A stretch of DNA of 64,000 bases from Eledone cirrhosa (lineage: Eukaryota), in the NCBI GenBank assembly GCA_964016885.1, contig OZ024743.1, positions 219,480,001-219,544,000 on the forward strand, written 5' to 3'. The stretch's first letter is position 1. Every line of letters starts with the position of its first letter. This document shows positions 35,637-49,900 of this stretch, in pieces. The position numbers and the translations under genes are program-made. The notes beneath the pieces are model-generated. The model searched no databases. It had not been told where the DNA came from and was given only the letters and a program-made list of their open reading frames with translations.

Positions 35637-37550
35637 TATATTTCTTGCTATATATTTAGATATAAAACTGGTCTTCTCCTGCAGTTACATTTAGAGCTGA
35701 TTTCAAAGTGATGACGTTTTTTATTTTTCTCTTTCTCCCTCTCTTTCAAAACAAATTTGTGTTATGCCATTACACCTCTAGGTATTGTAAACGACAACAA
35801 ATGTTTAAATATTTGCCTAAAATAAGATAAAAAAGAATTATAATAAATTGAAAATGCATCACAATAGCCCATAAAAACAACCCTATTATATTATTTACTA
35901 GAACATACTTGTGGATTTTGACAATCTGACACTTTAATAGTCAGTGACCATCCACACAAAATTGCCTCTGCCTCTATTAAAACCATTCATTTTAAAATGT
36001 TCTTGTTTAAATTAAAACTGTCCAACATGTCCTACCGCTTACTTTTTGAGCAGGTCACCATCAAAACCTCAGTCCTTGAACTGTTGTTTTCCTCTGCAAA
36101 ATCGAGAAGACTTGCAGCTCGAACGAGGAAGGATCACCGTGAGGTAAGATGCCTGTTCTTGGCCATTCTCTGCAGCAATGCATTCGTCATTTTGTCTGCG
36201 AGGCGCAGCTAAAACATAGTGCTCAGATTGGGGTATAGAGTCTGTTGCTTCCCTTTCTTTCGTTACTTAATTTCTTTTTCTTCTCTATTTTGTTTCGTGT
36301 TTTTATTACTATCTATATTTGTTATAATGCCTCGTAGATATGAACAGATTTATAATAGATTATTTTTAAAAGAATGAAGGACGCATGGAAATATTTTAAA
36401 AACAAATTTAAATCCGACCCATGGTTAAGTTATAACGTTACAACTAAATCGTGTGTGATACAGGAATCTTTCAGATCCGAACCTCGTACGTAAAGGACTG
36501 CAAAGGATTATGAAATACGTTTTATGTTTCACAAAATTAGGGAAAGACAGCGTTTCATCTGTAATTCTGCCACGAGAAACATACTTCTTAATCATAATAG
36601 ATAAGAAGAAAATCATTAGAGCGTCGGGCAAATACCATACAGTGTTTAGTTACGGCTTATTACGTTCTGAGTTCAAATCCCACCGGAGCCATCGTTGTCT
36701 TTCACCCTTCCGGGCTTGAGAAAATAAAGTATCAGTATCACACTGGAGTCGATTTAATCGACTTTCCCCTCCGCCTAAATTGTTGGCCTTGTGCCGAAAT
36801 TAGAAACCGTTATATAGTAATGGCCCTTTATGTTCCGAGTTCAAATCTCACAGGGACCAACTTTGTCTTTCACTCTTCCAAGGTCGATAAAATAAAGTAA
36901 CACCTAAGAGATATAATCGATTTCCCCTTTCCCCACCCAAATTGTTCGTTTTGTGCCTAAATTAGAAACCATTGTTTTCTTAGTTCACATCACTTAATCC
37001 AAAAGTGAAGGGTTATGACGATACTTCCCCAACCGTAGCATCTCTCTCTACTATATATTAGTAATAATAAATACAAAGACCAAAATCCGAAGAGAGCTCG
37101 ATAAGGATTATATATATATATAAACCCGTAGAGCAAATATGTATTATTACTACAGATTAAAGTTTAAGCAAATAATTTCTGATTTCAACCTATCCAGCTA
37201 TCTATGTTCTGAGGAGGCAGGGAACATCCAGTTTAATGAAAACAACCGTTATTTTACTTTCCCTTTTATATATTACAAAGCTAGTATATTTCCGTTGATG
37301 TTTACCTTTAAGATTCATAGACTGATAGCTGTAGTAAAAAACAACAAGGTTTCCAGGCGAACGCAGAGATGATAAAGAATGAAAAAAAATCTTCACACAA
37401 TTGAAAAGAAATATAGGAAAATTAATTAAATTGTAAATCGATATATGATAGAACATATAAATAAGCAAGTGAAAATATAATAAACAAATGATTACAGTAT
37501 ATATGATGGAGGTGAATGAATGAACAGTGATGGCAATAGAAGAACTTTAA

Positions 37551-37900
37551 CTTACCGGACAATAAGTACAAATTTTTAAACAGCGGAAGTTGTTATGATT
37601 TCGGTGTATATAGTTACTATCTCTTATTTAAAAATCATCCTATAAGAAAAATGTAAATCTTATAAGAAAAGAATCTTAAGAGCAATAATCTAAATGTATA
37701 ATCATTAAAATTAATTAGCATATGTGAATTATATCAATTTATGGAACAAAATTTCATGTTTTTTAAATATATAATTCATAGTTTACAATATCACAGTGAA
37801 TACATATATATATTTTTTCAAACCAACAACTTTAAGTTGGTCACCGTTACACGCTTACCTTCCTCCACTGGAAGCACATGTAAGGTTCATAAGGAAGAAA
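37551..37900. promoter_or_regulatory. Candidate bidirectional promoter for PIGM and DCAF13, with a putative PIGM non-coding first exon
   Basis: Minus-strand donor CG|GTAAGT at 37556/37555, strong acceptor ttttttatcttattttag before 35816, ETS-like CGGAAGT at 37584-37590; DCAF13 ATG at 37901. Confidence 0.45.
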
Positions 37901-37973
37901 ATGATGAAAATTAAATTATTGAGCCGAAATCCTGATGATTATATCCGTGAAACGAAAGAGGACATACGCAAAG
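37901..37973 (+). CDS. DCAF13: DCAF13 exon 1
   Basis: MMKIKLLSRNPDDYIRETKEDIRK, donor gtatt. Confidence 0.9.
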
Positions 37974-40900
37974 GTATTAAAACACATTGATTTAGATAAG
38001 CATGTTTTGAATGCCTATTTGTCTTGATAAGATGTTCTTTTTGCAATCAAATAATCGAATCGGTTATTATCGATGATAAATCTCTATTGAAGAAAATGAA
38101 AATATCTCGTCCCTTTCACCGAATTTATTTTGTAAGCTCCGTTCACAGCCATGATATTGGAACCCTAACTCTAACCCCCAACCCTAAGCTGTATATACGC
38201 AGTACATATGGTAAATCGGGCGAGATATTTTCCTTTTCTTCAAAGATGATCTGTGGAATCTGGCTTGTAATAAAACCCTATTTTACTAATAACAAAGTTT
38301 ATTTGTAACTTAGTTTATCTAGATGGGTTTAGTAGAAATTAATAAAATATTTTAAAAGTAATTTTAACAAAGGTTGGAAGTTATTGATTTTAGGGCTTAA
38401 AATAAAACGAAAAGAATCGGAGATTCAGCGGATTCTTTGTGCATATACACGTTAGGATTAGTCAAGTTAGGGATTCATGGTCAAGTCGTTTCTGCACATA
38501 TATGTATGTAAGATGGTAGTGCCGGAGTCACGATAAAATGCTTCCAGTACATGCTGTAAAGTAATTGGTATTAAGAAGGACATCCAGTCGTAGAAACCAT
38601 CTACCCAGCAGATGTAAAGGGCATCCGGCCGTAGAGACCCCTGCAAAACAAGTGTACGAGCAGGACGTCATCACCATACCTGTCTGATCTCAGCACGCGA
38701 CAATCCCTCTAACCCATGCAAGTATGGAAAATAAACACACACACCCTAACTAAATCAAAACCCTACCAATAATGCACTCAATTATAGTAAATGTTACTAC
38801 ACAAAAACCCAAATGAATCAGACTAACTACTATTTGTTTTGAAAATTTTGTTTCCGATCGTACAGTCCAGGATTACTATCTCAATAAAATATTAATATAG
38901 GGAATTTACTAAATAAACTATACACCTATCAATTATATTGGAAAATGTGTACCTCATTTCTTATCACTTTCTTCACAAAAGATACTTTATTGATGAGGAG
39001 TCAATAATTTCTGAAATGCAGTGGTCATGTTTGTGATACGACAAAAAGCATCCAATCCACACTGAAGTGGTCATGTAAGTGTCATGATAAAAAGCTCCCA
39101 GTCCACACTGTAAAGTGATCATGTAGGTGTCACGATAAGCTCCCAGTCCACACTGTAAAGTGGTTGTGTAGGTGCCGTGATAAAAAGCTCCCAGTCCACT
39201 CTGTAAAGTGGTCATTTTAGTGACAGTCCACACTGTAAATGTGGTTGGTGTTAGGAAGGGCATCCAACTCTAGAAACCAAGCCAGAATCAGTTCTGTATG
39301 AACAAGACATGGTCTTCTGATCTGGCTTGTCGCACAATGGGACAACTCGTCTTACCCATGCTAGCATAGAAAAATGGTTGTTAAACGGTGATGATGGTGA
39401 AAAAATAAAGTTTTTCTGTTATGGAGGAATAGTTCAAAGTGTTTACACTTCACACTTCTTTATTTTCACAGCTAACCCTTCTAATTCAAAAATCCTAGTT
39501 ATGTCTAATCTGAGTTAAAATGCTGTGTTTGAGCATAAGTACTTATTCATTTCTAGATTTTTCCATTTATTTTCTTCATTAATTCATTTCAGTTGCCAGA
39601 AATTTTGATCCCAAATTTCATCCATTTGAAGCATCACGTGAGTATGTTCGTGCTTTGAATGCTACAAAACTAGAAAGAACCTTTGCCAAGCCTTTCCTTG
39701 GTTCCCTTGAAGGACATAAAGATGGTCTCAGTGTTTTAAAGAAACACCCAACATCAATATCAACTTTGTTGTCTGGAGCTCATGATGGGGAGGTAGGTTT
39801 ATTGAATGAATTTCTGTGTTGTGAGGTGAAGTCTTACCTTTAACTCTTTAGCATTTAAACTGCCTGTATCCAGTCAGAATTCTCTCACCTTTTTCTGTTC
39901 AAACTGGCCATAACCGGTTGCTTAGACTTATGTAAGGTCTTGTTCACAAAAAAATAATAACAAAATCTAGATTTCATATTATATGAGATAAAGTGTTTTC
40001 TGTGAAAATACAATAGTAAATATAGAGTAATGTAAATGCTAAAGGGTTAAGGCAGGAGTCTATGTTCAATTGCTATAAACAGAGTAATCCTTTCATAAAA
40101 TATACAGTTAACCCTTTCATTACCACTGTTCTTTTTCTGCTTAGGTAAAAGTATGGAACCTGCCAACAAAAAAAACTATCACAACAATACAGGCCCACAC
40201 TGGAGTGGTTAATAGCATATGCTTCCATCCAGAAGGGAGATATTTTTTCACTGTAAGTCTCTATATTTCATTTTTCTTTTTCCTTTTGTTTAAAGTTGTT
40301 TCATCTCATGTACCCTGCTCAAACTGATGTGTGATCTAAGGTGTTCCAGCTGTGATCATCAGTTTTAATTTTAGACTTAGTACATATGATGAATACTTCA
40401 TCAGTTTCAACAATGAGCATTCAATGGAAGCTACAAATATTGGGACTCCTTCAAAAGCAGCCATACTCCCTTTATTCCTCACACCATATCTTTAGCTTCC
40501 ATGAACTCCCTCAAAAGCAGCCACACCCTCTTTATTCCTCACTATATATGCAACTTCCATGAAGTGTGTGAACATTTTTCACACCATATCTATAGCTGCC
40601 ATGAACTCCTTCAAAAGCAGCCGTACCCTCTTTATTCCTCACACTATATCTATAGCTTCCATGGACTCCTTCAAAAACAGCCATACTCCGTTACATATGT
40701 TGTTTCAAATGCCCCCTATCAATAACTTTCTCGACTTTCATGTTTTCAATCATCTCTATTGTATACCAAAACATTCTCAGTTGAAACATTTCACTTGCAT
40801 TGCTGGCTAATATCATATCACAAATTCTGACTTTTTTTTTGTTACCAGTGTGGAAGGGACAAGACAATTAAACAGTGGAACATAAATGAAGAATTTAACA

Positions 40901-43900
40901 TTGATGAAGACCCTACCAATGTTATTTTAGGACAGGTAAGTAAGTATTGAGGTCACTATTAATGTGATGACCATCCCCCTTTGGAATAATGGTCAATGAA
41001 TATGGTGTGGTGTTTGCTGGTTATATTATATGATAGTATTGTATGCTATAAGGCAGTGATTACCAAACCACTGGGCTGTGGACCAGTGCCAGGCTGCTAA
41101 GAAGCTAAGAAGCCTATCACTATTGAAGAGTTGATCTTGCTTGTTGCTAAGGACATTTGCCATGAATTTTTAGGAGAGGCAGCAGTTAAAAAGGTAGCAA
41201 TGGTTCCTCTTTCGGCTAGTACCATAACTAGATGAATGAGTCACCGGTCCATGGAGAAAATATCTTTGATGACACCATTCTGTGGTGAAATTGTGTTGCA
41301 CGACACCGGTCAAAGGCATAAAAAGCTTGCTGTAAGATATTAGTGTATCGTTATACATCTACAATTTGGTTAATGAAGGTATGTAGCTTAGTGCATAGGA
41401 TGTTTGGATCACAATAGAGATGGGTTCGATTTTTAGCGACGTGTTCTTGAACAAGGCACTTTATTTCACGTTACTCTAGTTCACCGAGCTAGAAAAATGA
41501 ATTGTAAATGTATTTCATAGGGAAAGCCTTGTCACACACTGGGTCATGCTGACTCTCCCTGAGAACTAAGTTAAGGCTGCATGTATCTGGAATGCCCAAT
41601 TATTTGCACATTAATGTCGTGGACAGGCTGTTTGAGCAACTGGATCACTATTAAATTTAAAATGTTCAAAGTTGTCTCCCTTGTTAAGTACTTAACTCGG
41701 GTAGCCGTTAGGTTTTCTTTTTTTCATTAAGAGGTTATCTATAACTATTTTCCTCAGATTCCAGATTTTGTATTATCCCACTATTTACCTGTAGGCATAA
41801 CTGTGTGGCTAAGGACTTCGCACCATGGGCAGATGATTTCCATTGCCTTGGGAGTGATATTTTGTTGATGCAAATTGCAATATCTTGTCGTATGTATATG
41901 TGTGTATATGTATATAAATATGTACATTTGTGTTTGTGTCTTAACAGTTCAGGAAAAGGAAATCGATAAAATAAGTATTAGGGACAGTATGATTGCCTAA
42001 ATCCCTTTAGGGAAGTATACTAGCATGGTTGCTGTTTAATGTTTGAAACCAGTAAAAGTATAAATAATTGTTTCTACTTTTGGCACAAGGCCAGCAATTA
42101 CCCAGTGTATTACTGGTACTTTATTTTATCGACCCCGTAAGGATGAAAGGCAAAGTTAACCTCGGCGGGGTTTGAACTCAGATCATAAAGGGACGTAACT
42201 CTATGCTTCAAAGCATGGTGTCCGACTCTCTACCGATACTGCCAATCCCCCGCCCTTAAAGTATAAATAATGCAACCTTGTTTTATATGACAGTTGAAAT
42301 TATCAAACATTTTTCTCGACTCTCTCTTGGTTATGATAAAGTGGTTAATGATAGGAAGGGCACCCAGTTGTAGAGAGCTTGCCAAACAAAGAGTCGAGAG
42401 GACTCTTCAGGTGTGTCAAAGACATGAGGACCACTCTAGTGCTGGTGCAACATTAAAATTCGCTCACCATACTTTGTAAAATATGAGAATGTTATGTAAG
42501 TTGTCCGAGAGGTTAGTAGCTGTGACTGAGTATTGACTTGGTTTGTGTTGACCCATCCAATCTTTGCTAGCAGGGAAAATGGACATTAAATGTTGATGAT
42601 GATGATGATTGTTTTCCAGAACCTCTTTCACTACATGGATCACCATTGGAAAGATGACATCTTTGCTACATGTGGTGAACAGGTTGACATTTGGGATGAA
42701 TCACGAGCGGAACCAATTCGTACCTACAGTTGGGGTGTTGATAGTGTTCAATCATTAAGATTCAATCCAGTTGAGGTAATTTTCTTTTAATTTCCATCCT
42801 GATTTATTTATTTATATATATATTCAGTTTTTAAGAATCACAGTGGTGCTGCTGCTATGATAAAATTTACCCAAACACTATACTTCATAAAGTGGTCATG
42901 CTGGTGCTGCAATAAAATGCATCCAGTACACTCTGTAAAGTGGTAGTATTGGTTTCAAGGGAAAATGCATCCAGTACACTTTATAAAGTGGTTATGCTGG
43001 TGCCATGATAAAATGCACCCAGTACACTTTATAAAGTGGTTATGCTGGTGCCATGATAAAATGCACCCAGTACTCTCTGTAAAGTGGTCATACTGGAGTG
43101 ACAATAAAATGCACCCAGTATAATTTGTAAAGTGTTAGTGCTGGTGCCATAATAAAGTGTGCTTTGTACACTCTAATGAGGAAGTGCTTATAACTGTATA
43201 AACCATGCCAAAATATAGAATATATGCACAAGATGAACATAACAACCTTTGGCAGTCTTTAGAGTGTTGAATTATAAATGTTTTGTAGTATTTGTTCTGG
43301 TTATCTGTGTTCTGGGTTTAACTTTGCTTTTCATCTGTCAGGAGTTGCGATCGATTGAGTGTATCAGCATTGGAAAGATTAGTGGTAACATTGTGTTCTT
43401 AGTTCAATCTAAGGATTTGCCCTTTCCTTTTCTGTCTAATAACGTTGAAAACACAGGGTGTCCCTCCAAAGTGTATACACACTTCAACAGCATTCTTATA
43501 AATATTGCCTGTACAGGTAATCAAAGTGTGTATACATTTTTTTTTGGGGGGGGGGGGGGACCCTGTATATATGAACCACAGTTGCGCTCATTGAAGATTG
43601 TAAATACAGCTGGTATACTCTGTAAAGTGGTTAGTGGTAGGTCGGATATCCAGTTATAGAAAACCTGCCAAACAAATAATTGGTGGAAACTCTTCAGCTG
43701 TGACAAAGATATGTCAACCTCTCTAGTGCTAGTGCCATGATAAAATGCACTCTGTAGAGCGCGAACATGTATGTAAGCCAAATGCAGTCCCTGGCCTTTC
43801 TGCAAACTTGGTAACATAAAGAAACATAAGCAAGATTCCATGTCCCAGGATTTTCTGTGAAGCCAGAAGTTCCATTTAAATACCTGGGCTGCGATGACCT

Positions 43901-46900
43901 ATCCAACCTTTGCTAGCAAGGAAAATAGACATTAAATGATCGTGATGATGATGATGAATATGAAGGGTTTAAGCTAATCAAATTTTCTTAATCTCTCTCT
44001 TTAGCATCACCTTCTTGGAGCAACAGCCTGTGATAGATCAATTATACTGTATGATATGAGAGGGACAGCACCATTGAGAAAGGTAAGTGAGATGTTGCTT
44101 TTGTTATTATTGTTGTTCCTTGAGATGATGTGAGACCTGCAGATCTTAGGCTTCTAGACTATGTGTATATAGTTATGAATAAATATGTACATGAAGGTAT
44201 GTAACTTACTTGTTATCAGAAGATTGTGAGATCGATTCCTGTCAGCATGTGTCCTTGAACAAGACACATTATTTCCCATTGCTCCAGTCAACTCAGCTAG
44301 CAAAAATGAGTTGTACCTGTAATTCAAAGGGTCAGCCTTGTCACACATTGTGTCATACTGAATCTCCCTGAGACCTGTATTAAGGGTGCATATGTTTGAC
44401 TGCGTCAACTGGAACACTCATTGTTCAAACTAATGGTGATTCAACATACACATCTGCATATATAGTTATATTTACTGATCTCTCCATTTTCTCTAATATA
44501 TATATATATACATGTATATATTTATAAAGGGAAATATAAGTCTACAAAAAGAAAGGTATGTCATAGGGGTACCATGGTGATATATGACATATGTTGGGTA
44601 TTTAAACTTTATGGAGCCATCTCTCCAGGTATGAACACAACCGATTTCTTCCAGTGAAAGAGGAAGTGAGGATATGTAGAGGAAACATTGACCACAAGAC
44701 TGGACTGGTACTTTATTTCCATCACAATATGACTAGATCACATCATGAAGCATTCCATCTAATGGTGTAATAACTCTGTCAATTTGCTGCCTTATTAACA
44801 ATAACAATAACAACTACAAATGACAAAAATATTAGTTGATTAGTGTTAAATTTTTCTGTTTTATTGATTACAGGTTTTGCTTCAAATGAAATCAAATTCC
44901 ATAGCTTGGAACCCAATGGAACCATTTATTTTTACTGCTGCTAATGAAGATTTCAAGTAAGTAATGAGTAACTTTGTAATAATTATTAGTGTTATTAGAA
45001 CTAGCTTAGAGGGTGGTGGATTGGCAGATTCATTAGAGTATCGGACAAAATGATTTGCAGCATTTAGTAATGGCCCTTTAAATTCTGAGTTCAAATCCCA
45101 CTGAGGTCAACTTTGCCTTTTATCCTTCTGGGGTTGATAAAATAAAGTACCAGTCATGGACTGAGTTGATGTAGTTGACTTTCCACTCCCTTCAAATTGT
45201 TGACCTTATGATAAATTTGAAATCATTAATAGAATCAGATTAAATCTTAACATATTTAGTAGAAAATATCAAAAACCAGATTCTTGTAATGGTCTTAATT
45301 ATTAATATGATGCAGTCATAGTGCTGTTTTGTATTTTTCAAGAATGTTTTGCTAATGTGGTTTCATGCAGTACAGGGCTTTAAAAGTTAAAGCACCCAAG
45401 CGACCTAGGCTGGAGAACATTTGGGGTCCCCAGTACTTATTCACAAGAAACTTATGTACATAAATGTAGGCCTACATATAGAACGATGTTGAGATTCCAG
45501 CATTGATCCATGCTGACCTCTAAAACAGAGGTGACACTTAATGACAGATTAAAGCAACTAGGGGTCTTGGAATAGAGAACATTTGAGGCCCCCAGCAAGA
45601 AACTTATTGAAAATTAGAAGTACATATGCTGACTTCTAATAAACAGGCGATGTCCAAAGAAAAAGAAATATATTTAATAACAATTATAATATCCTAAATT
45701 TTGATAGAAATAGGTTTCATAGCCATATTGTAATATATATTTAAAATGAGACACCCCTCACCCCTACCATGATATCATGGGCTTTAATAACCATATTTCT
45801 TTAATGTGATTGTGTTCTGTTTCAGTTTGTACAGTTTTGACATGAGAAAACTGTCTCAGCCAGTAAATATCCACATGGATCATGTTAATGCTGGTAAGTC
45901 CCTTTGTATATAGACATTGTAAATGTTGTTGGCATTAGGAAGGGCATCCTGTTGTAGAATCCAAGTCAGAAACAGTTCCGTATAAGCAAGACATGGTCAT
46001 CTGATCTGACTTATCTCACAGTGGGACAACTAATCTGACCCATGCTAGCATATGGACGTTAAACGGTGATTATGGTGACGACATATATATATATCATCAT
46101 CATCACCGTTTTACGTCCATTCTTCCACGCTAGCATGGGTTAGACGGGTTGTCTTGTTGTGGGCAGTGCTCGGTTGAGTGACCTTGTCTTGCTCGTACAG
46201 GAACTGATTTGGGCTTGATTTCTACAGCTGGATGCCCTTCCTAACACCAACCCCATTTATAGTGAGTGCTGGGTGTTTTTTTTCTGTGGTGCCTACACGA
46301 CCAGTTTGCAGTGTGGGCTGGGTGCTTTTTTGTCGTGGCACCTACACACCACTTTGCAGTGGGAGGGGATGGGGCCATATTGTCTATATGCTTCAGCTTT
46401 GACTTTACCCGTGGGAAGTCGGGTCTTCTGTATTACTGTGTGATCTACCTATTTATTTATCTATATATATATATATATATATATATACTGTAAATGTGGT
46501 TGGCATTAGAAAGAGCATCCAAATGAGTTTTAGTTTTCAACATAGTCTCTGGAAAGAAAGCATCAATCTTTCATAATCAGCCTATGAAATTTTCAGTTCA
46601 CTATCATATTTATAAGAAATAAGTTTTGAACAAATATTTAATAAATACAATATGGTAGCATGAGTGGAACATGGTTGCTAGCAGGGGGTGGGTGTAAAGA
46701 AGGAATTAAAGTTTCAGTGTTAACTGCATATAATCAATAAGTTCCAAGATTAGTGTCAAGTTAATCAAATAAACTTACACTACCCACTCACCTCACATGT
46801 TGAATTTTTAGGACTAGATCTTGAATGTTAAGGCATATGGGTTCGGCTCGTGACCATAGGGTCGTTTGATACCTTCTAGTGTTTTGAGTCATTGCTCCGG

Positions 46901-49900
46901 TCCACTCATGTGAAAACAAAATATTAGTTGTTTCTAATTTATCTGTAATAAGGGCTAGCTTTGTCACACTATGTTCTGTGGAATCTTCCTGAGAACTACA
47001 TTAAGGATACATGTATCTATGAATGCTCAGCAATGTGTACGTTAATTTCATGAGCATGCTGTTCCATTAATCATACAACTGGAACACTTGTCCTCGGAAC
47101 TGAGTTCACACACATACTTACTCATTGTCAGAACTCAGTTGACATATATACACATATACTTACTTGTTGGAACTCAGTTTACATTATCATCATCATTTAA
47201 TGTCTATCTTCCACGCTAGCATGGGTTTACATACAGGGGTTGGACAAAATAAGGGAAAGACCTTAAAATTTGAAACAAATTTATTTTAATATGGGGTAGG
47301 ACCGCCTTTGGCAGTAATTACAGCTTGAATTCTACGAGGTATGGACTTGTACAAAGTTTGAATTGTTTCCAAAGGAATTTTTGTCCATTCTTCAGCTAAA
47401 ACAGTCTCCAGTTCTTGTAGTGATGATGGTGGATATCGACTCCTTACTTGTTTTTCTAAAATGCACCATAAATGTTCAATAATATTGAGATCTAGGGACT
47501 GTGGGGGCCAGATAAGATGTTCAACTTCATTAGAATGTTCCTCGTGCCATTCAGTAACAACTTTAGCTGTGTGAATTGGTGCATTATCATCCTGAAAGAT
47601 TGCGTTTCTCTCCGGAAACAGTTCCGCAACCATAGGATGAATTTGATCAGATAAAATGCTTAAATAGTCTTGACTATTAATTCTGCCATGAAGGGAAACC
47701 ATTCCACAGATTCTCCTCCATGTTTAACAGTTGGAAGAAGGCAGTCTGGGTCAAATGTTTCTTTTGGCTGTCTCCACATGTATACTCGGCCAGTGGTCGG
47801 AAATAAGGTAAAGGATGACTCGTCCGAGAAAATAACATTCTTCCACTGCTCTAGGGACCAATTCTGTAGGTTTTTACTCCACTCTAAACGCTTTGCAACG
47901 TTTGGTTTTGAAAGTAGTGGTTTTCTGATTGCAGCCCTCCCGTGAAATCCGGCAAACAGTTTTTGTGGAAACTTGGTTCTCGAGGTGGTAATTAAGCCCT
48001 GCAGTAATTTTGGGAGCTGTACTTTTGTGATCCTTTCTAACAATTCGCGTAAGAGTCCGACGGTCCCTATCTGAAAGTTTTGGTTTTCTTTCGGAGTTTT
48101 GTCTCGACGACGAGGTATTTCCCTCTCTCTTAAAAGCTGTCATTACTTTCGAGACAGTACTTCTTGATACACCAACCATTTCGGCTGTTTTCGTTATGCT
48201 AGTGCCTGCCATACGAGCACCAACAATTTGACTTCTTTGAAAGTCCGATAGATCTGTCATTTTAATGAATTTTATATACCTTTTTCTGATGATATCTGAA
48301 AAGAAACAGCAATTTTAACAAAACATATTAAGCAACACTAATAATAAATCAAAAAACATAAAAATAAACAAGCTTTTGACGGTTTTATAGATATTTCAAA
48401 ATTATGATGCTAGGTGTTTCCATTATTTTGTCCAACCCCTGTATATACTCATATACTCTCGAGTCCTAAATAATAGGGGAGGGGGGGGGGGGTAATTGTA
48501 TAGTGTACATTCGTAAATATGGGATTTCATGTAATGCTATTTTTTTGTCATATATGCTATTTTTAATGTAAAAGGAAATTATTATTAGATTCTCCAGCTG
48601 CTGTATCAATATGAATCACTTACAATAAAATTTTGTTGGAGATAGATTAGCACAATTTAACAAAGTGGCGGAGTTGGAAAATCAATAAGTGGCTGGGAGG
48701 GGGGGGGGGGCGATTATTCAAGACCTGTGAGTATACCCATATACTTACTTGTCAGAACTGAGTTCACACACATACACTTACACAAATCTTGACTATTTTC
48801 TTTTTATTTCTTACAGTAATTGATGTGGACTATTCCCCAACTGGCCGTGAATTTGTCTCAGCAGGATGGGATAAATGCATTCGTATTTTTGCTTGCAACA
48901 TGGGTCATAGTAGGTGAGTATTAGGGTTTTTTCAGGACTCTGCTGTCATTGATCTTTTAAAATTTCAATTTCATTTTATGTCTTGGTCTTTAAACACCAG
49001 CTTAACAATGACAAAGTTAATTATATTACTAAATCCATACAAATTCTTGGTTATTTTCAAAATTATTTGAAAATCATAGTTAGTGTCTTAATATGGTTGC
49101 AAACACTATTTAAACTTTTCATCATGTCTCCCATTCCAGGGAAGTCTACTTCACCAAGAGAATGCAGAGAGTTCAGCAAGTCCAATGGTCTTTGGATAAT
49201 AAATATATCTTATCTGGTTCAGATGAGATGAATATAAGAATTTGGAAGACACAAGCATCTGAAAAACTTGGTCCTGTAAGTAAAAATGTTATGCTAATTT
49301 GTGTTTTATGTTTTAGAGGTATTGTTTTTACGTTGGGTCCACTATTTCAACTATCATACATTGTCTGTATTTGTATAGTGACAAATGAGAGTAGGTCAAA
49401 CCAACCAATGAAAGGTTGTCACATTCTTTTGTTTGTTTGTTCTGTCACTTTGAAGTGTATAACCTCAGGTGGATGTTGCCTTGTGATTCCAATGTCTACA
49501 ATTACAAAGGTGTTACCTCAGAGGATAGTAAGAGAGATTTGCTGAACAAGCTAGTCCAGCTGGCAGAGCTCAGCTCATTTTTGTGGCTGGTCAGAGGGCA
49601 GGGAGTGAGATTTGCTGAAAGAGCTAGTCCAGCTGGCAGAGCTCGTTTTTGTGGGTGGTCAGAGGTTAGTGAGGGGATTCACTGAAAGAGCTAGTTCAGT
49701 TGGCAGAGCTCATTTTTGTGGGTGGTCAACTCAGTCCCATGTGATTTTATTTTTATGCTACTTCCTTTTCACATTCATTTATCCAAGCTAGCTTGGGTAG
49801 GGTGGTGAGAACAATTTTTTTTTTACAAATGAAAGTCCCTCTCATATCTAAGCTGCTTGCTCTATAGGCTTTTTTGTCTTTCATCTCTTGGATTGAAGTT

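Noticed and set aside
35997-36240. GC-richer ORF between PIGM and DCAF13 as a small gene
   Set aside because: No recognisable motif or exon signals; probably a TE remnant within the predicted PIGM leader intron.
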